Shown: piece by piece, positions 47,263 through 55,863 of the stretch | Layout of the letters: each line of letters opens with the position of its first letter | Numbering within the stretch: position 1 is the first letter of the stretch | Sequence record: KU521356.1 | Direction: 5' to 3' (one strand) | DNA length: 64,000 nt | Position numbers and translations under genes: made by a program | Notes under the pieces: generated by a model | The model's database searches: none | What the model saw: the letters and a program-made list of their open reading frames with translations, nothing else | Told to the model about the DNA's origin: nothing

Positions 47263-49143
47263 ATGGCTGTTAACGAAAACGAAATCGGCACCGTTCAAAC
47301 TCAAGCTACTGCTCCTGCTCCGCAACCCACTGCACAGCGTCAAGCTCAACGTCCTACTGGCGCGCCTGGGTCTACTACTGGCATTAACCATCTAATGCGT
47401 CGCTCTGGTCGACTAGATGGCTCTGATGCTCGTTCAGCAGATGCCCTACAAGTATTCACTAAAGTAAAAGAAGAAGCAATCCGCCATCAGGACCTACCTG
47501 ATGACTTCGATATCCATCGTTTCGATCGTGATGCGCAACAAGTTGGTATGGCTGGTCTACTCATTGTTAAACTAGCTAAAGATATCAATGGTTCCATGAA
47601 GGCATTCGTTCGTACTCTAGTACTCGATAACCTACCTGGTACTCGCATCCGTCCCCGTACCCACAAAATCAACAATGGTCTAACTGATGACATCATTGAA
47701 GAGAAGGTACTACCGCGTGATGTATTCACTGCTCAATACTGGAGCAAGATCGGCGAGTTCCTACGGAACCGTTACAACATCCCTGGTCTAGAAGTACTAT
47801 CTGCCGGTCCACGTGCAGTGTATGCTGACTTCGACTTCAAAGATGAACTAGCTGTTAAGAACCTACTAGTTGAATCCGTTAATATCTGTGAAGATGCTAT
47901 TGCGCGTCGTAACAATGAGACTCCGTTCTCTATTGCGACCCACATCAAAGCAGAAAACGAACAGCTTACCTGCAATCTAGACTACAATGGTATTCCGGTT
48001 AAAGATAGCTGTGGTAATCCGATCCGTTCTGACCTGGTCATCTCCACTAGCCGTGGTAAGAAAACCAACGTACCTGAGAACGAGTTCTATGATACCGATA
48101 GCCAGCTAAACCAAGTTAGTCTATTCGTAGATCTACATTGGACTCCGACCACTGGCCAGCAACAAGGCATGTTTGGCGTAACTCTACCTGGTGCAGTTCT
48201 ACCTCCGCAGTTCACTCCTTACATCGTTATTACTGACGTTCGTAAGGCGTCCTGGATCCAAGCATGGACTCTAGAAATGTGGCTGTTCGCGCTTGGTAAC
48301 GCGTATCGTGCAACTGCATCTCAGGCATGGGCTCGTACTCTAATGCCGAAGATCGCTACTAGTAAGATGCGTGATATTGGTGCACTTGGTTATTACTCAG
48401 AGCTAGGTAAAGCGATTGAAACTCGCACCGAAGCATTCATGGCAGACGACAGCAACTTCGTAATGCTAATGAACAAGATGGTTAACCAGAACCCTGCATT
48501 CCAGATCGATATCGATCCAATGGGCGACAACTCAGCTATTGAGCAAGTCATCCTAGATGCAGCTGGTGGCGTAAACCAAGCTCGTGCAGTTAGCCTGATC
48601 TTCCAAGCTCTAACTAACCTATACGGCACTGATTTCCGTCAGTTCTATAACCTAGCTGAAGCTGGTCCGATTATCTTTGACAACCATCATGAAGTAGACC
48701 TCGGTCACTACACTGATGAGCATGGCGAACTAAGCGACCGTCGTGATCTTGACGTTCTAGGTGCCATGAACATGTCTGAAGGTAATGACCAAGAGTGGAA
48801 GACCTGGTATGCTACTCAGGTAGGTAATGACCACATTGTGCGTCGTATGAATAACAGTAAAGGCTTCGACAAGATGTACCTAGGTAACGTTACCTATACT
48901 GGTCGTGCTCGTCGTCTAACCTTTAACCCGAAATTCATCACCGCAATGGATGCCGCAGCAGCAGCCGCTGGTGTAACTGTAACCATGGAAAACCTAATTA
49001 CCAACTTCGGTCAACAGCGCTTCGCTGGTTACACCGGTATGGGTAACATGGCTGTTTCTGGTAGTGCACAAGTTGGTATGGCTGGCAGCATGGGTCAAAC
49101 TTACGGCGCTCCTTCCTATAATGCACCGGGTACCTGGTACTAA
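47263..49143 (+). CDS. chmA: chimallin, major phage nuclear-shell protein (gp54-like)
   Basis: 626 aa; disordered A/P/Q/T N-terminus, G/M/A-rich C-tail ending APGTWY; directly before the nvRNAP subunit, as in nucleus-forming phages. Confidence 0.9.
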   Translation: MAVNENEIGTVQTQATAPAPQPTAQRQAQRPTGAPGSTTGINHLMRRSGRLDGSDARSADALQVFTKVKEEAIRHQDLPDDFDIHRFDRDAQQVGMAGLLIVKLAKDINGSMKAFVRTLVLDNLPGTRIRPRTHKINNGLTDDIIEEKVLPRDVFTAQYWSKIGEFLRNRYNIPGLEVLSAGPRAVYADFDFKDELAVKNLLVESVNICEDAIARRNNETPFSIATHIKAENEQLTCNLDYNGIPVKDSCGNPIRSDLVISTSRGKKTNVPENEFYDTDSQLNQVSLFVDLHWTPTTGQQQGMFGVTLPGAVLPPQFTPYIVITDVRKASWIQAWTLEMWLFALGNAYRATASQAWARTLMPKIATSKMRDIGALGYYSELGKAIETRTEAFMADDSNFVMLMNKMVNQNPAFQIDIDPMGDNSAIEQVILDAAGGVNQARAVSLIFQALTNLYGTDFRQFYNLAEAGPIIFDNHHEVDLGHYTDEHGELSDRRDLDVLGAMNMSEGNDQEWKTWYATQVGNDHIVRRMNNSKGFDKMYLGNVTYTGRARRLTFNPKFITAMDAAAAAAGVTVTMENLITNFGQQRFAGYTGMGNMAVSGSAQVGMAGSMGQTYGAPSYNAPGTWY

Positions 49144-49149
49144 TAGGAA

Positions 49150-49470
49150 ATACCTCGGTAGATAGGGATGTTAAATAAGTAACATCCCGATTCTAATACT
49201 GCGACCCTGGTTCACTTCGGTGATAACGGTTAGGAGTAGGTTCCGTGAAGTAATCGACTAGTGGACTTAGTCTAGGTCGACCTATCACTACACGAGGATG
49301 ATAGATCACTTAACCGAAAGGAGTTACTCAAAAGGTGACGTGTGATCAAAAACTACAATGGATGGTAAATGATACTAGTGCCGGTATGCTACAGAGAAGA
49401 GCGGAGGTTAAGCTTTGTAGATGACGCTAGGATCGGGCCAGGCTCCGTTGGTGGTCCATTGTAAAAACTG
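49150..49470 (+). ncRNA. candidate structured non-coding RNA or structured chmA 3' extension
   Basis: No ORF of 60 aa or more; at least 6 predicted helices, UUCG and GAAA tetraloops, long-range 49354-49362/49455-49463 pairing; terminator follows. Confidence 0.6.
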
Positions 49471-49475
49471 ATATA

Positions 49476-49510
49476 GCGGCTCCTTCGGGGGCCGCTTATA
49501 TCTCCTTTTT
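49476..49510 (+). terminator. intrinsic terminator
   Basis: GCGGCTCC-TTCG-GGGGCCGC followed by TTATATCTCCTTTTTTT. Confidence 0.85.
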
Positions 49511-49537
49511 TTGTTAATCGATAAATAGGAGTTTGGT

Positions 49538-50674
49538 ATGGGTCTTTATGCCAAAGTTGTTGATCATAATGAAGTTCATGATCAATTTACGGGTAAACGA
49601 ATTTATGCCAATGATTACAATACGAGTAACTCAGATGAGAAAGAAGAATTTGATAGGCATTTCTATTCTCATTTCCAAGATTCAGAAGCAATTGAAAGTA
49701 GTGTAAGCTGTGATTGTCGAGCAATCGAAGACGCACATAAACTCGGAGTAATCTGTGATATTTGTAATACTCCAGTTGTCAATACTTCTAGCCGCCCTAT
49801 CGAACCATCAATGTGGGTTCGTACACCAAAACACGTACGTAGCCTAATTAACCCACGTTTAATCATTATGCTAACCGGATATCTAGTAACTAAAGAATTC
49901 GATTTCTTAGCATATCTAACTGATACTTCTTATCGATACGATGTGGAATCTATTGGTTCTAAAGAAACACGCAGAAAAGTAGATAGGCTACTGCATCGAG
50001 GATTTGAAAGAGGATTAAATCACTTCATTGATAATTTCAATGAGATCTTCCAATTCCTACTAGATGCAAATATTATTTCTAATAATAAATCCGAATTCGC
50101 TCAATTCGTTGCTCAGAATAAAGATAAGTTATTCCCTAAATATTTACCAGTTCCTTCTAAACTCTGTTTCGTAGCAGAATCAACCACATCTGGTACTTAC
50201 TTAGATAAACCAATTGAAGCAGCAATTGATGCTACCTTAACCTTCGCTAGTATTGATGCATCATCTGTACCACTTAGTCCAATTAAAGCTCAGAATAGGA
50301 CTATGCGAGGACTAAGACTATATGGCCAGTTCTACGAGATCTACGCAAAATCACGAATTGCTCAAAAGCCTGGTCTTGCTCGGCGTCACATGTTTGGTGC
50401 TCGTCTCAACGCTACGGCACGTGCAGTAATCACTTCTATTAGTGACCCGCATGATTATGATGAACTACATATCCCTTGGGGGGTAGGTTGTCAATTATTA
50501 AAGTATCATCTAACCAATAAACTAAAAGCAAAGTTTAACATGACAACTCGTGAAGCATTCTCATTTGTATATGAGAATGTACTTCAATATAACCAAATCA
50601 TTGCAGATCTATTTAAAGAGCTAATTGCAGAAGCAGCCCCTTATAAAGGGATGGGTTGTACTTTTCACCGAAAT
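49538..50674 (+). CDS. non-virion RNA polymerase beta'-like catalytic subunit, exon 1 (379 codons)
   Basis: Zn-finger SCDC..CDIC, ARAVITS motif; ends ..CTFHRN at a U (50674). Spliced product is 488 aa. Confidence 0.9.
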
Positions 50675-51918
50675 TAATCTATTAAGTTAAAGCGCTACAG
50701 ATTCTGGGTGTGGTAACCAGGAATCTCTAATGAGGAATTATGAATGAAGAAATAAGATGGCGTAAAATACCTGGTTTCAATAATTACGAAGTCAGTGATC
50801 ATGGTCAAGTTAGGAACCTTAAAGGCGAATTAATCTCACAACACGAGAATAAGACAACTAAAGGTACTTACCTTACCGTTAACATCCACAATGATGACGG
50901 TATTAGAAAGATTCGTTATGTTCATCGTTTTGTGTGCATGGCGTTTCATGGGTTACCTGAAAACTTTAATGAGTTGGACGTTAACCACAAAGATACCATT
51001 AAGCATAATAATCATTACCTTAACCTAGAGTGGGAAACTCGTAGCGGTAATGTTAAGCATGCATTTATAACCGGTGCCAATAAACATGCACTCGCTGTTA
51101 AATGTACAAACATTCTGACTGGTGAAGTAAATAACTTCATCTCGATGAAAGAAGTAGCCGAGTTCCTAGAGCTTGGTCACAATAAAGGGTTACATGTCGT
51201 ATTGGGTCATTTAGTTAAACCATTCAGAGGTAAATATGTATTCGAAGTAAGTGGGGATTATCACCCACAGAAGCGTAAGAATGCAATTGAAGTTTATTGC
51301 ATAGACTTCAAGACCAACACCTTTGGACGATATGTAAACCTAACGCAGTTACAACTTAGAACCGGGTTAATTAAAGGGTCAGTGCAGGACATTTTAAAGA
51401 AACCAGATCTAAGATTATTCAACGGTGTTGTTATCTGTAGGGTCGATGATAAGGAACGGCTATTCGAATACGTTTCTAACCTAACCCAAGAAATGGTTAA
51501 CAAATCCATTGATGATTACAATAGATACAAAGCGCGTAAAGAGAAGCTACATACCACCTAAGCAATTAGTGTAGCGACTTAACTTAATATGGGTTTCCTT
51601 GTATCAGAAATGATACTCGACAAAACTTCTTGAATTGCTGGAACAACTCGTTAGGTCAGTTAGCTACAATAGTTCCGAAAGGTTCTATGAATGCTTAAGA
51701 ATAACTGAATAGAGTCAATCAGCAGCTAAGATCCTAACCCGAAAGGTATGGATAAAGTTCAACGACTAGTGCATTGGCACGTAGGGTCCAAGTGGACTCG
51801 AAGTGGGAAGCACCTTACTGGGTAAAGCCAAAGGTGAAGATATAGTCTCAACGTCTAGCGAGAGCTAGAGCTGCACGTAATGGTGCGGGTTAGCCTAACG
51901 AACTAACTGAAGATATTG
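50675..51918 (+). mobile_element. group I intron 1 (1244 nt) with HNH endonuclease
   Basis: U at the 5' splice site, terminal G 51918; P/Q/R/S elements AATTGCTGGAA, AATCAGCAG, GTTCAACGACTA, AAGATATAGTCT; IGS GTTTC (51593-51597) pairs exon GAAAT; removal restores RN|PTLQR. Confidence 0.9.
50740..51561 (+). CDS. intron-encoded NUMOD4-HNH homing endonuclease 1
   Basis: 273 aa; WRKIPGFNNYEVSDHGQVRN (NUMOD4), YVHRFVCMAF, DVNHKDTIKHNNHYLNLEW; GAGGA SD. Confidence 0.92.
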   Translation: MNEEIRWRKIPGFNNYEVSDHGQVRNLKGELISQHENKTTKGTYLTVNIHNDDGIRKIRYVHRFVCMAFHGLPENFNELDVNHKDTIKHNNHYLNLEWETRSGNVKHAFITGANKHALAVKCTNILTGEVNNFISMKEVAEFLELGHNKGLHVVLGHLVKPFRGKYVFEVSGDYHPQKRKNAIEVYCIDFKTNTFGRYVNLTQLQLRTGLIKGSVQDILKKPDLRLFNGVVICRVDDKERLFEYVSNLTQEMVNKSIDDYNRYKARKEKLHTT

Positions 51919-52026
51919 CCAACGCTTCAACGTGGATCTACGCAGCAGTTCTTTATTACTAAAGTAAAAGATGACATTAATGATAATTCTATCAGCATGT
52001 CAGTTTTATGCTTGAAAGCGCCTAAT
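51919..52026 (+). CDS. nvRNAP catalytic subunit, exon 2 (36-codon micro-exon, absent from the ORF track)
   Basis: PTLQRGSTQQFFITKVKDDINDNSISMSVLCLKAPN; matches the beta' region from RxPTLHR to the N of NADFDGD. Confidence 0.92.
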
Positions 52027-53398
52027 GGACAATTGAATAACTAAATAAGGGTAAAAACAATGGAACAAAACGGAGTAGTGTCCGTCTTTGATCCGGCTTC
52101 ATTTAAAATTGAATGGCGGGATATTCCTGGATACTCAGCATATGAAGCTAGTAACCTAGGAACAATTCGTCATAAGCGGTTAAATAGAATATGTAATTTC
52201 TTCCTTACTAAAACATCGATTGGGACATATCTCAATATTGGTGCAAAAAATGATGAAAAAACATCTAAGAGTAAGGGAGTTCATATATTAATCTGTTTAG
52301 CTTTCCATGGTCCATCACCTGGACCAGATTATGAAGTCAATCATAAAGACGGCAACAAACATAATAATCTACCATCTAATTTGGAGTGGATGACTCGTGG
52401 TGAAAACTTAGAACATGCTTACAAAAATGGATTAAGAAAAGAAAATAGACGAGTAATTGCAACTGATGTTACCACTGGTGAAAAGACTACTTATTACTCG
52501 ATGAGTGAACTTGCTCGGGCATTAGGAGTTAATAAAAATACGGTTTGGGTTATTATACGTGATCATAAGACTAAGCCGTATAGAAATAGATTCACATTTG
52601 AATTTATTACCGGTGAGACTAAGATTGCTGATCGAGATAGTACCAAGACAGTTTATGTTTTAGACTATAAGACTAAGACATTACATGTGTTTCATAACTT
52701 AGCTGAAATGGAACTTGCACTAGGTACTAAACGTAATAAAGCCTATTACCATCTAGTTAGAGGTAGTAAAGAAATCATGGATGGTTTGGTATTCTCATAT
52801 ACCGCCAATCCTGAAGATTTCCCTAAATACACTCAAAAAGAAATTGAAGCCTCATTTGGAAAACCTAGTAATGGAAAAGGTACTCCAATTGAAGTAACTG
52901 ACACCATCTTGAACACTACCAAAGTGTATCCGAGTATTCCACACTTTGCAAGAGATGTCGGTATTAAGCATCCGAATACTGTTCGAAGAGCAATCTTTGA
53001 AAAGAATGGGGTGCTTGATAAATACCTTATTAAGTTAATCAAGTCTAGTTCCCCCAATGAGTAATCGTTGGGTTGAGTTCTCTCTAATTGCTGGGATATC
53101 CTGTTAAACTAATCTACCACTGCGAGTCGAAAGACAAAGCCAAGGTTTGAAAAAGATTAGGTAGGGCCAATCAGCAGCCAAGCTCCGTAACATTCCATTT
53201 AGGAATAGGAGAAGGTTCAACGACTATTACGGTATCAGGTGCACCGGTCCTAGAAATAGGATGTAGGGTCAAGTGACTCGAAATGGGAGACACCCCACTC
53301 CGAAAGGAAGGGTGAAGATATAGTCTGGTCTTCTAGCGAGAGCTAGAGCTGCACGTAATGGTGCGGGTATCAATTAACGACTGATACTGAACAATACG
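52027..53398 (+). mobile_element. group I intron 2 (1372 nt) with HNH endonuclease
   Basis: Exon ends in U (52026), terminal G 53398; AATTGCTGGGA, AATCAGCAG, GTTCAACGACTA, AAGATATAGTCT; IGS GTTGGGT (53067-53073) pairs GCCTAAT; removal restores N|ADFDGD. Confidence 0.93.
52060..53064 (+). CDS. intron-encoded NUMOD4-HNH homing endonuclease 2
   Basis: 334 aa; EWRDIPGYSAYEASNLGTIR, GVHILICLAF, EVNHKDGNKHNNLPSNLEW; NUMOD1/IENR1-like C-terminal segments (TTYYSMSELARALGV, VYPSIPHFARDVGI). Confidence 0.93.
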   Translation: MEQNGVVSVFDPASFKIEWRDIPGYSAYEASNLGTIRHKRLNRICNFFLTKTSIGTYLNIGAKNDEKTSKSKGVHILICLAFHGPSPGPDYEVNHKDGNKHNNLPSNLEWMTRGENLEHAYKNGLRKENRRVIATDVTTGEKTTYYSMSELARALGVNKNTVWVIIRDHKTKPYRNRFTFEFITGETKIADRDSTKTVYVLDYKTKTLHVFHNLAEMELALGTKRNKAYYHLVRGSKEIMDGLVFSYTANPEDFPKYTQKEIEASFGKPSNGKGTPIEVTDTILNTTKVYPSIPHFARDVGIKHPNTVRRAIFEKNGVLDKYLIKLIKSSSPNE

Positions 53399-53620
53399 GC
53401 TGACTTTGACGGCGATCAATTGAATCTTACGTTAATGCCTGATGTGTATCTAACTAAAGCAACTGAACGCATTGCACCACATACATGGGTTCTATCTATT
53501 GATGAACCACATGAAATCTCAGGTAACCTTGAATTACAGGGTCCTGTTGTAGAAACAATTATTAACTGGGCACATGAGAAGTATTTACCGCCATTAGAAG
53601 AATGGCTAAAAGCAAAATAA
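53399..53620 (+). CDS. nvRNAP catalytic subunit, exon 3 (73 codons plus stop)
   Basis: Begins ADFDGDQLNLTL, the catalytic Mg2+-binding motif of multisubunit RNAPs. Confidence 0.93.
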   Translation, partial: ADFDGDQLNLTLMPDVYLTKATERIAPHTWVLSIDEPHEISGNLELQGPVVETIINWAHEKYLPPLEEWLKAK

Positions 53621-53623
53621 ATT

Positions 53624-53652
53624 AATAGGGGAGTTAGACTCCCCTATTATTT
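53624..53652 (+). terminator. terminator after the RNAP subunit
   Basis: AATAGGGGAG-TTAGA-CTCCCCTATT. Confidence 0.85.
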
Positions 53653-53668
53653 CTTTGAGGCTGGTAGC

Positions 53669-54052
53669 ATGCATGATTTAGTCATCTATTGGAAAGCTCA
53701 TGATGGTTACTACATACAAGATGAATATGGCGAACATCCTGTAACTTTCCAATTCGCAGAAATTAATTGGAATTTCACCGGAGCTTATGAATACGGTGGT
53801 TCTGAATTGATTGATGATCACTTAAGGTTTGGTATAGATTTCAAAGTACGTGATATTGAATGGCAAATTAGGTTTGATTTAGACGGTAAATTTACTCTGT
53901 ACAATATGTCAAATAATGATCGGGATGATACCTTTGTAATTCCAGCTACTTCAAAATTTGCCCAATTCTTTAAAAAGACAGGCAAACATGTAGTTACTAA
54001 TGAAGTTATCACTATCCCAATTAATTGCTCTTTTGATAAGCAAATTTATTAA
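53669..54052 (+). CDS. hypothetical protein
   Basis: 127 aa, GAGG SD. Confidence 0.75.
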   Translation: MHDLVIYWKAHDGYYIQDEYGEHPVTFQFAEINWNFTGAYEYGGSELIDDHLRFGIDFKVRDIEWQIRFDLDGKFTLYNMSNNDRDDTFVIPATSKFAQFFKKTGKHVVTNEVITIPINCSFDKQIY

Positions 54053-54064
54053 AGGTAAATAAGG

Positions 54065-54490
54065 ATGAATAGTAAATGTAATGAATGTACTAAGCAAATC
54101 GATAATTCCCATGATGTACCAAAAACACTTGGTATCTGCCATAAGCATTATCGATTCAATGTATTTGGGGATAATGGTTTACTTAAAGATTCAGATAAAC
54201 TAGTTACATTTAAACTTAATAAAGAAACTAATCTATTTGAATGTATTCTAGAAAATACTAAAGGTGAATATGCGGGATTCCATCACCCTAAGTTTGGATT
54301 CCGTATTAAACATGATGATCCAATCACTATTGTGGTGACTGCACCTGAACATGATATCCATGTTGAATTAACTGTAACTGTTGAAGGTGTTACAAAAGCT
54401 GTCAATTGGATCGGTCAGGAACTAGATACATTTAACTTACCTATGCAACATCCGTTTAATCTATGTTGGTCATATACAGCCAATAACTGA
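54065..54490 (+). CDS. hypothetical protein with N-terminal Cys/His (Zn-binding-like) cluster
   Basis: 141 aa; CNEC..ICHKH. Confidence 0.75.
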   Translation: MNSKCNECTKQIDNSHDVPKTLGICHKHYRFNVFGDNGLLKDSDKLVTFKLNKETNLFECILENTKGEYAGFHHPKFGFRIKHDDPITIVVTAPEHDIHVELTVTVEGVTKAVNWIGQELDTFNLPMQHPFNLCWSYTANN

Positions 54491-54543
54491 AGTGTATAAT
54501 GATTATAGACGCCCATGGTGTGGATCTCTTGAACAGCTGTGCC
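54443..54543 (+). repeat. diverged direct repeat, copy 1 (77/101 identical to 54809-54909)
   Basis: Encodes MQHPFNLCWSYTANN*, an 8-nt spacer, then MIIDAHGVDLLNSCA; ungapped hand alignment. Confidence 0.9.
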
Positions 54544-54612
54544 GTGAAGTTACACTGAATTCAATTTCAGATTTATATCACTAAGGTGCAATAGTGATAA
54601 GGGGAATATCCA

Positions 54613-54795
54613 ATGTCTAATATTCGTGAAATTATTCGACGTAACCCGGAACGTTTATCACAAGCCGAACGAGATGAACGTGAAGCCAGATCGGTAGCTA
54701 TATTAACTGGGAGATATATCACTCGTGGGAATGGTGATGTAGTGGTAAACAGAAGGTTTGTCGATGCATATGTCGAAATGATCTCTAAGCTTTAA
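54613..54795 (+). CDS. 60-aa Arg-rich protein of an inserted cassette
   Basis: AAGGGG SD and its own TATATCAC promoter core (54574-54581). Confidence 0.7.
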   Translation: MSNIREIIRRNPERLSQAERDEREARSVAILTGRYITRGNGDVVVNRRFVDAYVEMISKL

Positions 54796-54808
54796 GAGGT
54801 AACCTATT

Positions 54809-54909
54809 ATGCAACGTCTATTTAATCTGTGCTGGGTATATGAGTACAGTATCTGAGGTGAATAATGATTGTAGATGCACATGGTGTAGACCTCTTGGAC
54901 ATCTGTGCA
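54809..54909 (+). repeat. diverged direct repeat, copy 2
   Basis: Encodes MQRLFNLCWVYEYSI*, an 8-nt spacer, then MIVDAHGVDLLDICA. Confidence 0.9.
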
Positions 54910-55476
54910 GGTGGCCATCTTACACAGCAAACAACCCAATGGTTGGGTGAGCGTAGTCAGGCACTGCGTTCAACTATGTCAACTGCTGCTGCTAGCTTTT
55001 TCAATACTGCACAAAATATGTACAGTATGATTAGTGAATCAGCTGCTGTTCAAGCACTGCGGAATCTAACCACAAAGAAAGATAATTTATGGCAGTCGAA
55101 CAACATTGTGTATCTTGAGACTTTAGCTGAACTACAAACAGCTGGTCCGATTATGCAACGTTGGGTTATGGCGCATGAGCGTCTAAGAACTATGTATCTT
55201 AATAATGAAGTTGATGGATATAGTGGTTCTTATAATAACATCCAAGGTGATGCAGTAGGTGAACGACAGTTTGATTATCGTCGCGTGATGGATGGAGTTA
55301 TGTATACCGATAAGAAAGAATTCGGTTATAAAAACTATCACGAAGATATCAAGAGTGATCGTAAACTTAGTCTGCATGAAAAAGTTGACATCATCCGTAT
55401 GTGGAATGCTATTGATGGGCATCTGGACGCAGGTGAAGAAGATCCAACTTCAGTCGTAGGTAATCTTCTAGGTTAA
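54865..55476 (+). CDS. conserved core protein (phiKZ gp59-equivalent by gene count; reported as import factor Imp3)
   Basis: 203 aa, GAGGTG SD; identity inferred from synteny only. Confidence 0.6.
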   Translation: MIVDAHGVDLLDICAGGHLTQQTTQWLGERSQALRSTMSTAAASFFNTAQNMYSMISESAAVQALRNLTTKKDNLWQSNNIVYLETLAELQTAGPIMQRWVMAHERLRTMYLNNEVDGYSGSYNNIQGDAVGERQFDYRRVMDGVMYTDKKEFGYKNYHEDIKSDRKLSLHEKVDIIRMWNAIDGHLDAGEEDPTSVVGNLLG

Positions 55477-55527
55477 ATAAATGAGAGTCCCGTACAGGGG
55501 CTCTCTTCTATCGTTTAGGAGAGATCT

Positions 55528-55863
55528 ATGTCAATTGATCTACTCGTACCAAATAAACTAAAGATGTTTCAAAAAAGTCCAGATGGTACGGGATATATGT
55601 ATTTTAATAGTACAGATGGAATAGAACTTAAACACGATAATCAAACACGACTATTGTATCTTCCTGATAATGACTATGTAACTGGTGATTATGTTTCACC
55701 TGATACTAAATTTATTTTTACAGTTATTGAAGGTGAAGTGGTCTCTGTTAAATTAGATACTGGCGAGGAAATACATAGTTATAGTTTTTGTGATGAGAGT
55801 CCATTGTGGAACCATCCACATATTGCTTATTACGTTAAGGAAAATACCGATGCTATTAATTAA
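55528..55863 (+). CDS. hypothetical protein
   Basis: 111 aa, AGGAG SD; follows hairpin 55483-55505. Confidence 0.75.
   Translation: MSIDLLVPNKLKMFQKSPDGTGYMYFNSTDGIELKHDNQTRLLYLPDNDYVTGDYVSPDTKFIFTVIEGEVVSVKLDTGEEIHSYSFCDESPLWNHPHIAYYVKENTDAIN

Noticed and set aside
49144-49510. Assignment as tmRNA, SRP RNA, tRNA or hammerhead ribozyme
   Set aside because: No tRNA-like acceptor/T-arm ends or CCA, no SRP core, no CUGAUGA..GAAA hammerhead core found by eye; left as unassigned structured RNA.
52030-52038. CAATTGAAT at the start of intron 2 repeats 53417-53425 in exon 3
   Set aside because: Only 9 nt and AT-rich, so chance is plausible; no role in P1/P10 could be shown.
53420-53620. 66-aa stand-alone gene
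   Set aside because: TTG start without SD; the frame extends upstream to ADFDGD at 53399, so it is exon 3 of the RNAP subunit.
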